Source: a virus
IMG/VR virus record: IMGVR_UViG_3300021963_009201
Location: 64,001 to 128,000 of that record
Reading direction: 5' to 3' (one strand)
DNA length: 64,000 nucleotides
The position numbers were made by a program, and so were the translations under genes. Under the pieces are notes generated by a model, which saw nothing but the letters and a program-made list of their open reading frames with translations, was not told the origin of the DNA and did no database searches. Positions within the stretch are counted from its first letter, which is position 1. Each line of letters opens with the position of its first letter. Positions 10,132-19,972 of the stretch are shown here, one piece after another.

Positions 10132-12024
10132 ATGACACAATTGTTACCATCTACAGAATATGAATCAAAGGCTATAGCTCTTATTATGGATATGAGATCA
10201 TTAATCTCAGAATCTAGCAAAGACAAGATTAATCCTAGGGTAATTGAGTCCAAATTTCGTGATATTCAAACTCGTTTTTCCGAAATAATTGGAAAACCAA
10301 TGACCCAATATGAACCTTTCGTCAAAGGAGAGCCGGCTAGGTCTGACAAGGTTAATAGGTTTTTAAGTTCGCTCCAAAAAGATATAAATATTTTAGAAGA
10401 GCAAGTTGAATTAATGAGAGCCTCTGCTGTCCACATTCACAATAATATGAAAACGCAACTAGAGCAGGCTAAGTTCGAAAATGAACAAGCTTTAAATAAA
10501 TTAAAAACTTTACAGTTATACACTAGTGCGCAAAATAACGAGATTACTATTTTTGGAGATTATTTAAATAGCGATAATTTAATTGACTACACAATAGTAG
10601 ACCCTGTTCGAAAAACAGTTTTAGAAAAACCGGGTCAGATTACACTTAGTAAAGTAAACTCAGTAAATAAAGACATAATGAATAGCGCCTCAGTAAAAAT
10701 CCTTTCAAATTCAAACGGCATACCTGGCCGACTAGTAGAGGTGCAAGAGGTTAATCCTAAGATAGAGCAACCGGGGGTAGCATACCCTGCGGTTATTGAT
10801 ACGAATGCATTATACAGGTTTACCGCTCAAAAAAACCCAATGAATAACCTTGACAATATCTTCGATGGTTCTCCAGTGACTTGGTTTGAATACGAAAAAA
10901 ACTTAGTTGAAGAGCCAGATAGGGTTAAAGCTTTAAATTTTGGTTTTAAGTATAAGTTTTCCGATTCTAATATTAATAAGCAAGAATCTAATTCTGTTGA
11001 TTTTGGCCTATCAAAAAATGAATTACTAGATTGGGCTGATGGTCCGTCTGGAGGTTCGTTAAAGTTGGAATTAGAATTCGATTTAAAGTCAATAAAAAAT
11101 ATCAATAAGATTGATTACACGCCTTTTGATCTAGAGGGAAACAAAAATCATCCAACCTTAATTAGGAGGGTTGAAATATCTACAGACAAGAATAGCTGGG
11201 AAACAATTTATCCTCTTAATGTGATAGTTACTTCTAGCGTAAACCTCCCAAGTATAGATGTAGGCGGAGACATTTCTATTAGGAATGCTACTTGGGCTCT
11301 AGATAATAAGGGAGTTCGTTACATACGTTTTTCTATTGAGCAATCAAAACCTATTGACGCAAAAATTGGTCACGTATATTACAAGACTCGACTCAGGACA
11401 CTAAGGGAAATTGAGCCAAATAGTGATCCACCAAAGGTTATAGAGAAGATAATTGGAGGCGAACGCGTAGAAGGGCCTATTCCTACCACTTCAAACCCAA
11501 CAAAGTATTATGATCCATCTTTTTCTATAGTTGAAGATACGAGTGGCGCAAACAATATTTATTCGTCTTTGGTGAAAAATGTAGAAATTTTTAAAGGTAA
11601 AAGATGGGCTATAGGTATTAGGGATATATCTATAGGTCAATCAGAGTATTCTTCATTTAGCGAAATTATTACTAAACCTTTTAAGATTAATGGGGTGATT
11701 GATAGGGTTTCTTTGGAGGCTAGTAGCTATATACCCCCTTCTTTCCCCTCGGATGTTTTATGGATTAAATATTTTGTAAGTCCTGATGATGGTTTATCTT
11801 GGCAGCAAATTTCTAGAGTACAAGATGATTATATTGGTGTCCCAGAAATTATAGCTTATAATGACAAAATCCCTTCAGAGTTTAGGGAGGCTAATGTCGG
11901 TTACTATAATACTAGAAACCCAGTTGGGAGTATTAGGCTTAAGGTTCAAATCAGTAGACCATCAGACAAAGCTTACCTAACACCCGCATTGTATTGGTAT
12001 AAGTTAAAGGTGAAAAGACGCTAA
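10132..12024 (+). CDS. putative structural protein (630 aa), paralogue 2
   Basis: N-terminal coiled coil; C-terminal IRLKVQISRP...TPALYWYKLK. Confidence 0.55.
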   Translation: MTQLLPSTEYESKAIALIMDMRSLISESSKDKINPRVIESKFRDIQTRFSEIIGKPMTQYEPFVKGEPARSDKVNRFLSSLQKDINILEEQVELMRASAVHIHNNMKTQLEQAKFENEQALNKLKTLQLYTSAQNNEITIFGDYLNSDNLIDYTIVDPVRKTVLEKPGQITLSKVNSVNKDIMNSASVKILSNSNGIPGRLVEVQEVNPKIEQPGVAYPAVIDTNALYRFTAQKNPMNNLDNIFDGSPVTWFEYEKNLVEEPDRVKALNFGFKYKFSDSNINKQESNSVDFGLSKNELLDWADGPSGGSLKLELEFDLKSIKNINKIDYTPFDLEGNKNHPTLIRRVEISTDKNSWETIYPLNVIVTSSVNLPSIDVGGDISIRNATWALDNKGVRYIRFSIEQSKPIDAKIGHVYYKTRLRTLREIEPNSDPPKVIEKIIGGERVEGPIPTTSNPTKYYDPSFSIVEDTSGANNIYSSLVKNVEIFKGKRWAIGIRDISIGQSEYSSFSEIITKPFKINGVIDRVSLEASSYIPPSFPSDVLWIKYFVSPDDGLSWQQISRVQDDYIGVPEIIAYNDKIPSEFREANVGYYNTRNPVGSIRLKVQISRPSDKAYLTPALYWYKLKVKRR

Positions 12025-14159
12025 TGAGCTTAAGTAACATTCAATATCAAAGAGTATTAGACAGTATTACGAGATATTATTACTCGTTAGGAAAATTTCC
12101 TTCTGAAGAACAGTTAAAGACTGACCTATCTAAGTACTTTTCCAGATACAGCTTAGGTTCTCCCGTTGGTTTTACGAACGGCATTTTTGCCGATGGTTTA
12201 AGGGCTTCTGCAGATGATATGAATGACGCTGTTTGTAAAACAATATCAAACTTAGACATATTGTACGAGACTATACAAGAGCAACTTAGTCAGTCTATGA
12301 CGTTGAACACGTATTTAAGTGCAAATTTAGAAAAATTAAAAATTAAGAGAAGAGCAATAGTCGCAAAAATAGATGAATTTCTTTTCTCAAATGCAAATAC
12401 AGATGGATATTTTTACAGTTTTGCGGATACTTTTGATAATTTAAACTATACAGATTTATCTTTGACAAGCGCATTTGTAGACATCATAAACGGTTCTGTT
12501 ACGTTACCAGTAAACAGCGATGCTACGGAGATTTTACCAGGAACAGCAATTGCAACAACTCAATTTGAGTTCTTTTTAGGCGAAAATTCAGTTCAAACTG
12601 GTATAGAGCGTTCGCCTTTTTCTTCGTGTCTGGATGGTCTTAGCAATACATACTGGTCTACAGAGATACTATCTGATTCCCTAGTTGATGCTACGTGCAG
12701 GGTCACTATGACGATGCCAAACTCTGCTGTGTCTGAAGTAGAGTTTTTCCCTTACGGCACATCACCTGTTCAAGTCCTACTCGAAACTAACGGTATTAGT
12801 GGGTATAGGGTCTTTGGTTCGTCCATTCAGGAAGGTTCAAGTAGAATGGTCTTTTCCGACAAGCTTGTTTATGCCTCTGCTCTGAGATTTACAATAAAGA
12901 AGAAGAAACCAGATTATACTCTAGAAACAGAAAGTGGCACAAAGTACGTTTATATATTTGGCGCAAAAGATATTAATATCATAAGGAAAGATTATGTAGA
13001 TGAAGCTACATGGGTTAGCCGGCCAATATCTATATCGAATGACCTAAGTTTAGACCATGTTCTAGATGCTGTTTCGCTCAAAGTGGATGAAAATGTATTA
13101 GATAACACTTTTATAAATTACTACGTATCTCTCGATAAGGGTATTTCTAGTCCATCTATGGGTGATTTTGATTGGAAGAAAATAACACCAATGACAGAAT
13201 CAGTCCTAACACCAGATATGACCGTAGGCTTTAACGGCGCTGCTACATCTGTTAGGTTTATAAGAAGATCGCCAACTGCAAATAATCTTCAATTATTACC
13301 CGAAGATTCGTTAAATCCAGACTCGCGAATTAGAAACCCCTTCACAAAAGATGGTATTGATCTCTGGAGGATTGCTGACTTAGGAACAGAGGATCCAATT
13401 CGATCTACCCTATCTCTTGAGGAGGGGGTTAACTGCCTCAGGGTTTATCACGTAGACTATCAAGCAGGCGCATTGAGTCTATCTTTTTGGGCGCCATATG
13501 TCAATGGGTCTAAAGAATCGGAACAAATTTTCTCTAGAATAGATACTAGTAACAACTTCTTTTGGGGCGGAGATATAGGGGAGAATTACAAGAGCGTTTA
13601 TATGGAGACTTTAATTTTCTCTGATTCTGATCAAAATATAGGTCTGAAAAAATTTTCAAAGTTGGATGCAAATTCTCGACTTTGGGACGTACATGTGCAT
13701 GTAAACGGAAGTAAGGTCGCTGAGTTGCCGGTAGGCGTTAATGAAATTAATATACCTTGGAGATTTTCTAAAGGTTTGAACCATATTGCCCTTACGTTGA
13801 CGATACCAAGGGCAACTCAGTCTAGGTATCCAAATGAGGGGTCTATAGAGTTGATGGAGGCAGAGTCGTTGTACTCTTACGGTTCCGTGAAGCTTGCTAA
13901 CTGGTCTTATGTAGATATATTTCAGTTACTAAATAATGCGGGGGAAGATTCTAATATATTTAGCATATACAAAGATGGTGAAAGAACCCAAATTGTTTCT
14001 AGGAAAAAACCTTCAAATAATTATAGGCTTTCCTATTCAACAGCTACTACACAGTCTAATGCGTCAATTAGGGTCCGAGCAGATCTTGGGCGCGCTTTAG
14101 CAAACTCATCTGTTTCACCATCTATTGATCTTTATCGGGTTAGGTTTAGGTATTCATAA
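12024..14159 (+). CDS. putative structural protein (711 aa), paralogue 3
   Basis: N-terminal coiled coil, FADTFDN...AFVDIINGSVTLP, C-terminal IRVRADL...SPSIDLYRVRF. Confidence 0.55.
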   Translation: MSLSNIQYQRVLDSITRYYYSLGKFPSEEQLKTDLSKYFSRYSLGSPVGFTNGIFADGLRASADDMNDAVCKTISNLDILYETIQEQLSQSMTLNTYLSANLEKLKIKRRAIVAKIDEFLFSNANTDGYFYSFADTFDNLNYTDLSLTSAFVDIINGSVTLPVNSDATEILPGTAIATTQFEFFLGENSVQTGIERSPFSSCLDGLSNTYWSTEILSDSLVDATCRVTMTMPNSAVSEVEFFPYGTSPVQVLLETNGISGYRVFGSSIQEGSSRMVFSDKLVYASALRFTIKKKKPDYTLETESGTKYVYIFGAKDINIIRKDYVDEATWVSRPISISNDLSLDHVLDAVSLKVDENVLDNTFINYYVSLDKGISSPSMGDFDWKKITPMTESVLTPDMTVGFNGAATSVRFIRRSPTANNLQLLPEDSLNPDSRIRNPFTKDGIDLWRIADLGTEDPIRSTLSLEEGVNCLRVYHVDYQAGALSLSFWAPYVNGSKESEQIFSRIDTSNNFFWGGDIGENYKSVYMETLIFSDSDQNIGLKKFSKLDANSRLWDVHVHVNGSKVAELPVGVNEINIPWRFSKGLNHIALTLTIPRATQSRYPNEGSIELMEAESLYSYGSVKLANWSYVDIFQLLNNAGEDSNIFSIYKDGERTQIVSRKKPSNNYRLSYSTATTQSNASIRVRADLGRALANSSVSPSIDLYRVRFRYS

Positions 14160-14491
14160 TGGCCATCTTTTATCAGGAAATAGATAGGAAGAAGTGGTTT
14201 TACGAGCCGGCTTCTAGCAGGTCTAGGCAGAGGTATCGTGGAGCGCGAGAAAGCTATAAGGTAAATTTAGAGATATCTTCATTTCTTTTTGACATAAATA
14301 ATATTAATAAAAAAATGAATAATTTAGTACAGACATCTTTACGACATGCAGCGTATATTGCGCGTGGGGTAGAGCTAGATCCGGTAAGCTACGCAGACAC
14401 ATTTACGGCACTAATAGGCTTCCTAGATATGTCATCTCAGGTTGAAGATTTAAAGAACAGGATTATCGAAATGGAGCGCAAGCATGTCTGA
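14159..14491 (+). CDS. hypothetical structural-block protein (110 aa, coiled coil)
   Basis: ORF translationally coupled on both sides; N-terminal SRSRQRYRGARESYKVN resembles the start of the next gene (SRMEHAQYMGPTTSDNYN). Confidence 0.6.
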   Translation: MAIFYQEIDRKKWFYEPASSRSRQRYRGARESYKVNLEISSFLFDINNINKKMNNLVQTSLRHAAYIARGVELDPVSYADTFTALIGFLDMSSQVEDLKNRIIEMERKHV

Positions 14492-15752
14492 ATCACTACA
14501 CTCTCGTATGGAGCACGCTCAGTATATGGGGCCAACCACGAGTGACAACTATAACGAAAGAGTTGAAAGAGCCTATAAGGACCTTGTAATGCTCTTGAAT
14601 AAAGTTGGCTTGGCCGATGAGGATGCAAACAATAGGTTTTCAAATCTTGTAAAAAATCATTTTTCTTTAATGAAAACTATGACAGATTTACAGTCACGCT
14701 TAACTGCGCTAGAGGATATCACAATATCTTCCCAACCGTATAAGTTGATTACATTTTTTAATAATTTTTATGACGATACAGATAACTTTAATGATACCGA
14801 GTTTGAAATATCAAGTTCACAAAAGTGTTCGATAGACAGTCGTCATGGTGTCATGACGTTACCTAAGATTTTTTCTAGTTCATCGTCGAAAATAGGCTAT
14901 AAGGACTCTTACGGTAATTTTGTTTTACCAGCTTCATTCGAAGCTTCTGCGTCTGGCATAACCAGTACGGCTGATTCCACATCTTCTTTAATATCTTCTT
15001 CAAATTTAAACAATAGTGTTATTGACGAACCGGGGAAGGTATGGGAAAGAAATGTAATTGTAAATTCGCCGAATGAAAATGGTGCTGAAGTTAATTTTTA
15101 TGCGCGAATTCCAACCGACATATCACCGAACGTAAATGCCAATGCCATTGTAATACACCCCTACCCAATGATGGGCGTCGAGCTTTTGGGGGTTTTCACT
15201 AGTTCGCAAGAGATGATTAACCTCAACTCTAACGACTCTTATTGGCCGGTTAACGCAGATAATTATTACCAGGACAATTTGGACGCAGTTGGGTGGATAG
15301 CCCCTGGTTCATGGACTGGTGACAGCATAGCTTCGTGTGGTCCAAAGATTTTTCATTTTGACCCAAAAAAAGTTAATGCAGTTAGGATTAGGTTAAAGCA
15401 AAGTGATTATTTTTTTGAAAGTGATAAATTTATATATTCTTATGGTTTGTCATTCTTTGATTTAAGGTATGATAAGTTTTTGTCAACAGGTAAAATTATC
15501 TTAAGAATGGACGCACCAACTGGCCAGACTATAAGCTCTATAGATAACGTAACGCCAAGCATTTTTAATGTTTCGGAAGCAGAACTGCCGTATGTTTTCT
15601 CTTATAGGGTTATATGGGAAACGGCAACATCAGGCGTTTATAGTCTTGATCCTGTGGCTTTTTCCGATAAAGTATGGATTGAGGTGCAGCTTGACGAGAC
15701 TATCGGGAAAGGTACTCCATCTCTTTCTGGTTTGAAAGTAGAATACAGTTAG
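14484..15752 (+). CDS. putative structural protein (422 aa), paralogue 4
   Basis: N-terminal coiled coil, CSIDSRHGVMTLP, C-terminal VWIEVQL...TPSLSGLKVEY. Confidence 0.55.
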   Translation: MSESLHSRMEHAQYMGPTTSDNYNERVERAYKDLVMLLNKVGLADEDANNRFSNLVKNHFSLMKTMTDLQSRLTALEDITISSQPYKLITFFNNFYDDTDNFNDTEFEISSSQKCSIDSRHGVMTLPKIFSSSSSKIGYKDSYGNFVLPASFEASASGITSTADSTSSLISSSNLNNSVIDEPGKVWERNVIVNSPNENGAEVNFYARIPTDISPNVNANAIVIHPYPMMGVELLGVFTSSQEMINLNSNDSYWPVNADNYYQDNLDAVGWIAPGSWTGDSIASCGPKIFHFDPKKVNAVRIRLKQSDYFFESDKFIYSYGLSFFDLRYDKFLSTGKIILRMDAPTGQTISSIDNVTPSIFNVSEAELPYVFSYRVIWETATSGVYSLDPVAFSDKVWIEVQLDETIGKGTPSLSGLKVEYS

Positions 15753-15758
15753 TTAATC

Positions 15759-15767
15759 ATTACTATA
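15759..15767 (+). promoter_or_regulatory. candidate phage late-promoter element ATTACTATA
   Basis: Variant of the TTACTAATA motif found before the other late genes; lies in the intergenic gap before 15867. Confidence 0.35.
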
Positions 15768-15866
15768 GGTTTGGAGGGTGCGGAATCCCAGAGTGCAGTT
15801 GCTCCTTAGGATCCTATAGTTACTACCGCATCCTCCTTTAAATTCTAGCACTACAGGAGACGCAAA

Positions 15867-16475
15867 ATGGCTTTATACTACGCAGGGCCAAGACCAGTAC
15901 TTAAGGGTCGCAATAGCAATAATATGGTAAACCCATATAAAGGCACAGCTGGCACCTACTCTTTTTACCCGCTTTATAGCACAGATCACGTACTTGATGG
16001 TGCGCCAAAAACGAATTACACACCAGGCTCCGGGGAGCATCCTCATGGCTTGAATCTTAGCCGCGTATACACGGGGCTAGAAAATGCCATTCAGCCACTC
16101 AAGTCGGCTGGTGATGGGGCCAGAATTGACGGTATGCGATTCCGTCCATTCGAAAGTAAAGGCGCTGCAGGTACAGTCGTCTTTGATGACTCCTTTGGTC
16201 ATATTACGAGAGAAACTGACTACTCATACAACCGTCGTTATGAGCATATCTACAAGTTCCAGAGACTGTCTGATCCAGGCCATGCTATAAGGTTTACCGA
16301 TGAAGACGGCGCTGCCGATTCTTTTGGTGCCTTTGCCCCATACGAGTACAAGGGTCCTGGCGATGGTGCTATTGGAACATCTTATGGTCAGACAGTGCCT
16401 GCAGGCTACGATAACGAGTATGGTCGAAATCGCGTAAACGAATGGCGTGGAGTTCCTTCAGCGCGAGCTCTTTGA
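15867..16475 (+). CDS. hypothetical protein (202 aa, Gly/Tyr-rich), probably virion-associated
   Basis: ORF with RBS AGGAG; last gene of the structural block. Confidence 0.6.
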   Translation: MALYYAGPRPVLKGRNSNNMVNPYKGTAGTYSFYPLYSTDHVLDGAPKTNYTPGSGEHPHGLNLSRVYTGLENAIQPLKSAGDGARIDGMRFRPFESKGAAGTVVFDDSFGHITRETDYSYNRRYEHIYKFQRLSDPGHAIRFTDEDGAADSFGAFAPYEYKGPGDGAIGTSYGQTVPAGYDNEYGRNRVNEWRGVPSARAL

Positions 16476-16477
16476 TG

Positions 16478-16493
16478 TGATATAATTAGTGCA
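16478..16493 (+). promoter_or_regulatory. extended -10 promoter (TGaTATAAT) giving a probable leaderless mRNA
   Basis: TG at 16478-79, TATAAT at 16481-86, ATG exactly 6 nt later at 16493, no Shine-Dalgarno. Confidence 0.55.
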
Positions 16494-16765
16494 TGGAAAG
16501 AGAAACTTTACCAGCAGAAATTGCATGGTTGGGTCTTGTTGGGTACGTGTCTGTAGTCGATAGCTACTTATTGGCTACAGGCAAGGCCCCTATGACAGAC
16601 GCCTGGAGAAAAGCTTTAAAGCACCCATTAAACAGATGGGTCATAATATTGGCTTGGATTTTTACTACTAAGCACCTTTTCTTTGGAAACATCTTTCCTA
16701 AAGTGGATCCGTTTCGCGCTTTAGTTGTTATGGCTAGGGCGCTCAACAAGATTATAGGAGGATAA
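16493..16765 (+). CDS. small membrane protein (holin-associated)
   Basis: Hydrophobic segments AWLGLVGYVSVVDSYLL and WVIILAWIFTT; directly upstream of the holin-like gene. Confidence 0.6.
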   Translation: MERETLPAEIAWLGLVGYVSVVDSYLLATGKAPMTDAWRKALKHPLNRWVIILAWIFTTKHLFFGNIFPKVDPFRALVVMARALNKIIGG

Positions 16766-16766
16766 T

Positions 16767-17081
16767 ATGACAATAGATGTAAATTTATTGCAAATCCTAG
16801 TATCAATGATCCTTCCGCTTGTGGTTGGGATCGTCGTTAAGCAGGTTGCCCATCCGGCAGTAAGGTCAGTTACTTTAGCCTTCCTTTCGGCTGTGACAGC
16901 AATTGCTGCGACAGGTCTAGGTAATAATGGGGAGATTGGTACAGCAACCATTGCTGAAGCTGTTGTTAGCTTCATTATAGCTGTCGGCACTTACTACGGT
17001 TTGTGGAAGCCAACTGGAATAGCAGACAATGTAAACAATACTACAAAAAACTTTGGAATTACTTTAACAAAACAGCCTTAA
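16767..17081 (+). CDS. holin-like protein (actinophage type)
   Basis: Three hydrophobic helices, LPLVVGIV, C-terminal AVGTYYGLWKP motif typical of actinobacteriophage holins; RBS GGAGG. Confidence 0.65.
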   Translation: MTIDVNLLQILVSMILPLVVGIVVKQVAHPAVRSVTLAFLSAVTAIAATGLGNNGEIGTATIAEAVVSFIIAVGTYYGLWKPTGIADNVNNTTKNFGITLTKQP

Positions 17082-17145
17082 TACTTGAGACTAATGTGTC
17101 TTAAATGGTAGTATAACTTATATGTTGTTGCTTTGATTCTCGTAA

Positions 17146-17184
17146 AAATTACGGTCCTATCCTTTGTGGATAGGGCCGTAATTT
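17146..17184. terminator. bidirectional intrinsic terminator ending the late block
   Basis: AAATTACGGTCCTATCC-TTTGT-GGATAGGGCCGTAATTT stem-loop with A/T flanks. Confidence 0.7.
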
Positions 17185-17206
17185 ATTCTAGGCAAGAATT
17201 TTGATA

Positions 17207-17215
17207 TGTTATAAT
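17207..17215 (+). promoter_or_regulatory. extended -10 promoter (TGtTATAAT) for the nucleotide-metabolism operon
   Basis: TG at 17207-08, TATAAT at 17210-15, just after the terminator and before gene 17244. Confidence 0.5.
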
Positions 17216-17243
17216 AAGTTTTAACAAAGATATAAGGGTAACC

Positions 17244-17927
17244 GTGCAGGTTGAATCAGAAAAGCAAAATATAACAAAAGAAATCGCCGTTAAATACTTA
17301 AACCTGTATGTCGGCGATTCAGATTGGTCTAAACATATTGATACTCTATGGGCGAGGCTTTCTAAAAAGCATGATGAAACGCAAGCAAAAATTCTCTTGA
17401 AGAAAACTATCGCCTGCGCTACGATGCTGCCGGTTTACGATAGGACCAAGATTCCGGATAATCCCGAAAATCTGCTATTTTGGTGTCCAACATATCAGCA
17501 GTTTAGCGAAAAAGACTGGACAGAAATTTTCCTTGATATCGTTAATAAAGATGAGCAAATAGAAAGTTGGCGTCTAGAGTGCCAAAGGCTTGGTGTCGTA
17601 TACCCCATAGTTTATGCTCCATGGCCAAGGCAAGCTTTCAATTGGTTATTTAAGGCGGCGGAAGAATCTGGTCAGGTAACCGATGAAAATAGGGAGCAAG
17701 TTGAGAAAAGGTTTGAAAGACTAGTATTAACGTATGGTGGACTAGTAATTTGTCACATCTTTCAAAAAGAAGAGTATAAAATTAAGAAAAAAGTTCTTAA
17801 TTGGAGAACAGGTTATTTTTTTGAGAGATTAATATTTGACATTTACACAATAGATCAAGTCTTAAAGATTAAAAAGCAAGAATTATTAAAAACAAACAAA
17901 ACACTAGTAAAACAAATTCAGAATTAG
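17244..17927 (+). CDS. hypothetical protein (227 aa)
   Basis: ORF with GTG start, operon position before nrdJ. Confidence 0.65.
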   Translation: MQVESEKQNITKEIAVKYLNLYVGDSDWSKHIDTLWARLSKKHDETQAKILLKKTIACATMLPVYDRTKIPDNPENLLFWCPTYQQFSEKDWTEIFLDIVNKDEQIESWRLECQRLGVVYPIVYAPWPRQAFNWLFKAAEESGQVTDENREQVEKRFERLVLTYGGLVICHIFQKEEYKIKKKVLNWRTGYFFERLIFDIYTIDQVLKIKKQELLKTNKTLVKQIQN

Positions 17928-17939
17928 GAGACTGCAATT

Positions 17940-19964
17940 ATGCCTGACGAGGTTTCATACCTTTCGTTTAGCCTTCCGGAAGATTTTATAAAAGGCTACA
18001 AAAAAAGAGACGTACCATGGGGCTTCCCAATTGGTGCAGGGAATTCGCTTGGTGAGTTAACCTTCCTCACTAAGTACAGCCGACGAAAAGAAGATGGCGG
18101 AAAAGAACGATGGTGGGAAACTTGCAAGAGAGTTATCGAGGGTATGTTCTCTATACAAAAAGATTGGTGTAAGACTAATCGTTTACCCTGGAATGAGCGC
18201 AAAGCTCAGAACACAGCCCAAGATGCTTATGAAAGACTCTTTATTGGGAAGTGGACACCACCAGGTCGTGGACTATGGATGATGGGCACAAAGTTTGTTC
18301 ATGAGCAAAAAAACTCAGCCGCTCTACAGAACTGTAGTTTCCTGTCAACTGAGGGCATATCTCCAAGGTCGGTCCAAGACGCTGTGTGGCCATTCGTGAG
18401 GCTTATGGAGATGTCTATGCTTGGTGTTGGGGTTGGTTTCGATACTAAGGGGGCTGGCAAATTAGAGATTCATGAACCACTTAGTGATGTTAAGACTTTT
18501 GCGATACCAGATTCGCGCGAAGGTTGGTGTGAATCGGTGTCGGTTCTTTTGGAGTCCTACTTCTTTGCAAGTAGGCATACAGTTGAGTTTGATTATAGTC
18601 AAATTAGGCCATCGGGTGAACCAATTGGAGGATTTGGTGGCGTTGCTGCTGGTCCTGGTCCACTTATTGATCTTCATATTTCTTTAAAGAAACAGTTCGA
18701 AAATCGCAAGGGTCAAAGGATCACTTCTACTGACATAGTTGATATACAGAATAAGATAGGCAAATGCGTTGTTGCGGGTAACGTAAGGCGATCAGCAGAA
18801 ATAGCTCTCGGAGAATTTGGTGATCAAGAATTTCTTGATCTTAAAAACTGGGAGATAAACCCGGAACGCATGGGCGCAAACGGTTGGGGTCATACCTCTA
18901 ACAATTCAATAATCGCTAATGTAGGTCAAGATTTTTCGCATATTGCAAGCCTTATCGCGGAAAATGGTGAGCCCGGAATAGTATGGCTAGACTTATGTCG
19001 CAAGTATGGTAGGTTGGTGGATGAGCCAAACAATAAGGACTGGAGGGCTGCAGGCACTAACCCATGTAGTGAACAGACGCTAGAGTCAGGCGAATGTTGC
19101 ACCCTAGTGGAAAACTTTATCTCAAGGCATGATACATTGGAAGACTTTCATAAAACGCTAAAGATATCCTACCTTTATGCAAAGTCAGTTACATTGCTTC
19201 CTACGCATTGGCCCGAAACTAATGCGATTATGCAGAGAAACAGAAGAATAGGATGTTCCGTTTCTGGTCTTGCGCATTTCGCAGAGTCACGAGGCTGGAC
19301 AGATCTCCGTTCATGGTTAGATTCTGGATATGACTATATCCAAATGTTAGACAATAAATACTCTGAATGGTTAGGTTGCCGTTCCTCTATTAAGACTACT
19401 TCAATTAAGCCTTCGGGAACAGTCTCGTTACTGTTTGGCGTTACCCCGGGCGTCCATTGGCCGACGGCAGATGTTTATATACGCCGCATGAGGCTTGCAT
19501 CTAACGACCCGCTTATCGAGGCCTTAAGTGAGGCCGGATACCATACGGAGCCAGACGTTATGGATCCAAAGCATTCTGTTGTCGTGGAGATGCCTACAAA
19601 GGGGCCAGATGTTCGTACTGAACGTGAAGTCTCAATGTGGGAAAAAGCTCAGCTTGCTATTTTGGCGCAAAGGTATTGGGCAGATAATCAGGTATCTGTA
19701 ACTATTACTTTTAAGAGTGATGAAAAAGACCAAATCGGCCCATTGTTAAGCTCTATTGACGGTCAATTGAAGTCGGTATCAATGCTCCCACTATTAGAGG
19801 TGGGTGGCGCTTACGCACAAATGCCTTATGAAAAAATTGAAGAAGATGAATGGGATTCAAAGGTTAGGGGTGTTAAGCGCATTAATTGGACCGAATATTA
19901 TAAAGGCAAAGCGCTTGACGCAGAGGGCGAAAAGTTTTGCTCTAACGATACTTGCGAGATATAA
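17940..19964 (+). CDS. nrdJ: class II (adenosylcobalamin-dependent) ribonucleoside-triphosphate reductase
   Basis: WTPPGRGLWMMG, ALQNCSF, VAGNVRRSAEI, GTNPCSEQTLE, CCTLVE, TSIKPSGTVSLL and C-terminal CSNDTC redox pair. No intein. Confidence 0.95.
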   Translation: MPDEVSYLSFSLPEDFIKGYKKRDVPWGFPIGAGNSLGELTFLTKYSRRKEDGGKERWWETCKRVIEGMFSIQKDWCKTNRLPWNERKAQNTAQDAYERLFIGKWTPPGRGLWMMGTKFVHEQKNSAALQNCSFLSTEGISPRSVQDAVWPFVRLMEMSMLGVGVGFDTKGAGKLEIHEPLSDVKTFAIPDSREGWCESVSVLLESYFFASRHTVEFDYSQIRPSGEPIGGFGGVAAGPGPLIDLHISLKKQFENRKGQRITSTDIVDIQNKIGKCVVAGNVRRSAEIALGEFGDQEFLDLKNWEINPERMGANGWGHTSNNSIIANVGQDFSHIASLIAENGEPGIVWLDLCRKYGRLVDEPNNKDWRAAGTNPCSEQTLESGECCTLVENFISRHDTLEDFHKTLKISYLYAKSVTLLPTHWPETNAIMQRNRRIGCSVSGLAHFAESRGWTDLRSWLDSGYDYIQMLDNKYSEWLGCRSSIKTTSIKPSGTVSLLFGVTPGVHWPTADVYIRRMRLASNDPLIEALSEAGYHTEPDVMDPKHSVVVEMPTKGPDVRTEREVSMWEKAQLAILAQRYWADNQVSVTITFKSDEKDQIGPLLSSIDGQLKSVSMLPLLEVGGAYAQMPYEKIEEDEWDSKVRGVKRINWTEYYKGKALDAEGEKFCSNDTCEI

Positions 19965-19972
19965 TTATACTA
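19937..19972 (+). promoter_or_regulatory. sigmaA-type promoter TTGCTC-17-TATAAT, probable leaderless start
   Basis: -35 at 19937-42, -10 at 19960-65, ATG 6 nt later at 19972. Confidence 0.55.

Noticed and set aside
19804-19971. N-terminal extension of the acidic ORF as given by the ORF track
   Set aside because: It overlaps the nrdJ 3' end, and a promoter points to ATG 19972.
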